NCBI GenBank assembly: GCA_001949185.1
Contig: BDGG01000014.1
Location: forward strand, 1,457,378-1,521,377
Length of the DNA stretch: 64,000 nt
Direction of reading: 5' to 3'
Source: Ramazzottius varieornatus
Taxonomy: Eukaryota; Animalia; Tardigrada
Shown here one piece after another: positions 61,837 through 64,000 of this stretch (position 1 is its first letter; the number at the start of each line of letters is the position of its first letter). Under the pieces are notes generated by a model. The model had not been told where the DNA came from and ran no database searches. It worked only from the letters and a program-made list of their open reading frames with translations. Position numbers and translations under genes: made by a program.

Positions 61837-62661
61837 TCACAGTCTCCCTGTTAAGTCTGATGAAGCCAGATGCAGCCCGTGAGAGGAAAGTCAATGTGAG
61901 CCAGCTACTTCCTGTCGAAAAAGGAACAGGATCAATACTCGATAGTTAATCAGCATTCAGCAAGGAGGAGTGATCTCAAGCATCAGATACGAAGCAAACG
62001 AGATGGACCAGAAATACATCCGTGACGTCGTATAAAAATTGTGCTCTGTCCGAACCAGTGCCCAAACAAATGAGCAAATGTTACGTCAGGCGCCAACCGC
62101 AGCAGATATCGTAACTTTCCAGTTTATCAACCTCTCAGTGCAACTAACCTGTGGAATTTCCTCGTCTAAGTTAACTTAGACGCGTGCTGTCCTTCAAGAA
62201 TTAGATCACCTTCGGCCTTCGGAAGGCCAAACATACGTCGCTCAAGGCGTAGCTGGAGGAAAAACTGCCAGAAGGAGCCGATGTGCTAACACTTGTCTCG
62301 ATCACTGCTCTGACTGTGGAAATTCAATTTTTGACCCAGAAGTAGTCAATTTTGTTTTTGTTCTCATACGGAGCCATGACGTCTATCGCAGACGGAAGAC
62401 TGCGATCCTCTGCGTCTTGATAACCCAATCAAAAGCGGCCTCACAGACTGATTAAGTTTTTTATTCGCTTATCGTGAAAATACTCCGCCTACCAAATCAG
62501 CCCATCTGGAGTAAACTGCGGTGTTGCCGATTACCGCAGGATAGGCAAGATGGGATTTTTATTGTTGCTGTTTTTCACTCGTGTAATCGTGCTGCCTCGA
62601 CTCCTCCTTTCATCCAGACATCCGGAGTGAAGCCACATTGCTGACTTTTGCCAGCGATAAG

Positions 62662-63456
62662 ATGGTGAAGGAGAAGCCGGAGTCCACACGGTGCTACGAC
62701 CCAGACGGATATCGACGTCGCGCAGCGTGCGTTTGTGCCAGAGGATATGGATCCCACCTGGAGGTAAGTTGGATTACTGCACTATACCCACGTGCTGGGT
62801 CAGGCTTAGGTGGAGTTGTCATGACCACGTGGTACAGTCCGGTTGATAGACTTTGTGAAACTTGGCAATCAGCGTGACGAGAGTTTCTTTCTTCTAGGTC
62901 CTACTGGTGTCGTCGTCGAGAAGTCGGGAGCGATGGGTGATTCCTGGAGGGGGAATAGAACCCAACGAAAGTCCAGCTGAGGCAGCTCGACGCGAAGTGC
63001 AGGAAGAAGCGGGTGTACGGGGCGATGTACAACGATTTCTCGGAGTATTTGAGGTATGTACAGACTGTCCAGTGACACGTCTTCTAGTTTAATTTTGAGC
63101 TGTTGCCTCTGGGGTCTTCTAAAGCTGCGGCTACGTTGTAGAATCCCGAAAGTCGGAATCGAACGACAGTCTTCCTGCTGCTGGTGACGGAAGTGTTGGA
63201 TTTGTATGACGATGTCAAGATTGGTCGTCAACGACGCTGGTTTTCTGCTGACGAAGCTCGACACAACCTCTCCCTTCACAAACCCCGACAAAGTCGCTAC
63301 CTGGATTTTATCGAGCACAACCGTGCAAGTGTTTTGGCTCTGGTTAACGGTGCTCCTTGTCAGCATCTTTCCGATCCCCCAGTCGACGCACAAGGCGACC
63401 GGAATCATCCAAATAACCATTCGCCCTCCACTTCACCTTCACTCAACATCCAGTAG
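62662..63456 (+). CDS. Diphosphoinositol-polyphosphate phosphohydrolase (DIPP / NUDT3-4 / Aps family Nudix hydrolase)
   Basis: MVKEKPESTRCYDPDGYRRRAACVC..|VLLVSSSR..WVIPGGGIEPNESPAEAARREVQEEAGV (Nudix box)..LGVFE|N..RT.VF..GRQRRWF..HKP. Three exons. Confidence 0.95.
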
Positions 63457-64000
63457 CTTGCCAACTTGTTGTCTTTTTATCCTGTTCGTTAGCGAAGGCG
63501 AGGATTTTACTTTTGCTCAAAACACATGTTCACCGATACTACAGTAGTTTTTCGCATATGCGGAATTTAAAAATAGTAGGCAGACAAGGCTTGTTTTTCG
63601 GTAGCGATATTTTTTCAGCGCTATGATTGTCGAGTGCCACATATTTCTGGCACTTTTGCCCTGTTTCATAGTTGCTGTGCGGTTTTATTGCGGAATCTAT
63701 TGATCCCCTGGGGCAGTCGATAAGAGCAGACGGGACTAATCTATATTCAGGGTTATCCTGCCGTTAGATTTTCAGAAACCGAAGACAAATATCAGCAAGC
63801 TCCAGTTCCGTAGCAGTTTTGGTCATTTTTCATTTTTATAGAATTCCAGCAGACCGCCATAAGCGAGAACCAACAGGAAACAGGAAAGCGAGTAAATGCA
63901 ACAGGAGGAAAGAAACCAAAGGTTATGGGAGGGTTCGTGCACAAGTCTTACGGGCACAGCAGCATTGCCTGCCAAGTCAGCATGGTTATCGGAATACAAA

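Noticed and set aside
1-64000. tRNA, rRNA, snRNA or spliced-leader RNA genes
   Set aside because: No convincing cloverleaf/T-loop, rRNA or SL1 sequence seen by eye; tRNAscan-SE or Infernal would be needed to exclude them.

Overview
Eukaryotic (metazoan) genomic DNA from a compact, intron-dense genome. Most introns are about 50-80 nt GT-AG, and at least two are GC-AG. The gene content suggests an ecdysozoan invertebrate such as a clade I nematode or a tardigrade, but the species cannot be determined from sequence alone. Genes in order: GST zeta/maleylacetoacetate isomerase (5'-partial, +); an uncharacterised nuclear protein (+); full-length talin (+); three paralogous secreted Ly6/uPAR (three-finger)-like genes (+,+,-), two with long low-complexity tails; fukutin (+); a divergent Brachyury-type T-box gene (+); OSR1/SPAK (Frayed/GCK-3) kinase (-); an axotactin/CASPR-like LamG-EGF receptor (-); an MGC-start disordered protein (-); a SCYL2-like pseudokinase (+); syntaxin-7/12 (-); and a DIPP Nudix hydrolase (+). 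Repeats include a ~430-bp MITE-like element, a palindrome-cored tandem repeat and a decayed RTE-like LINE fragment. The most notable observations are: (1) a 9-cysteine, GPI-less Ly6 family with disordered tails and a conserved C-terminal TVFDRK; (2) in-frame candidate cassette exons hidden in talin introns, one directly before the IBS2 helix; (3) duplicated alternative transmembrane-anchor exons in syntaxin-7/12; and (4) recurrent long fold-back stems inside longer-than-modal introns. All exon models were read by eye and need RNA-seq confirmation.
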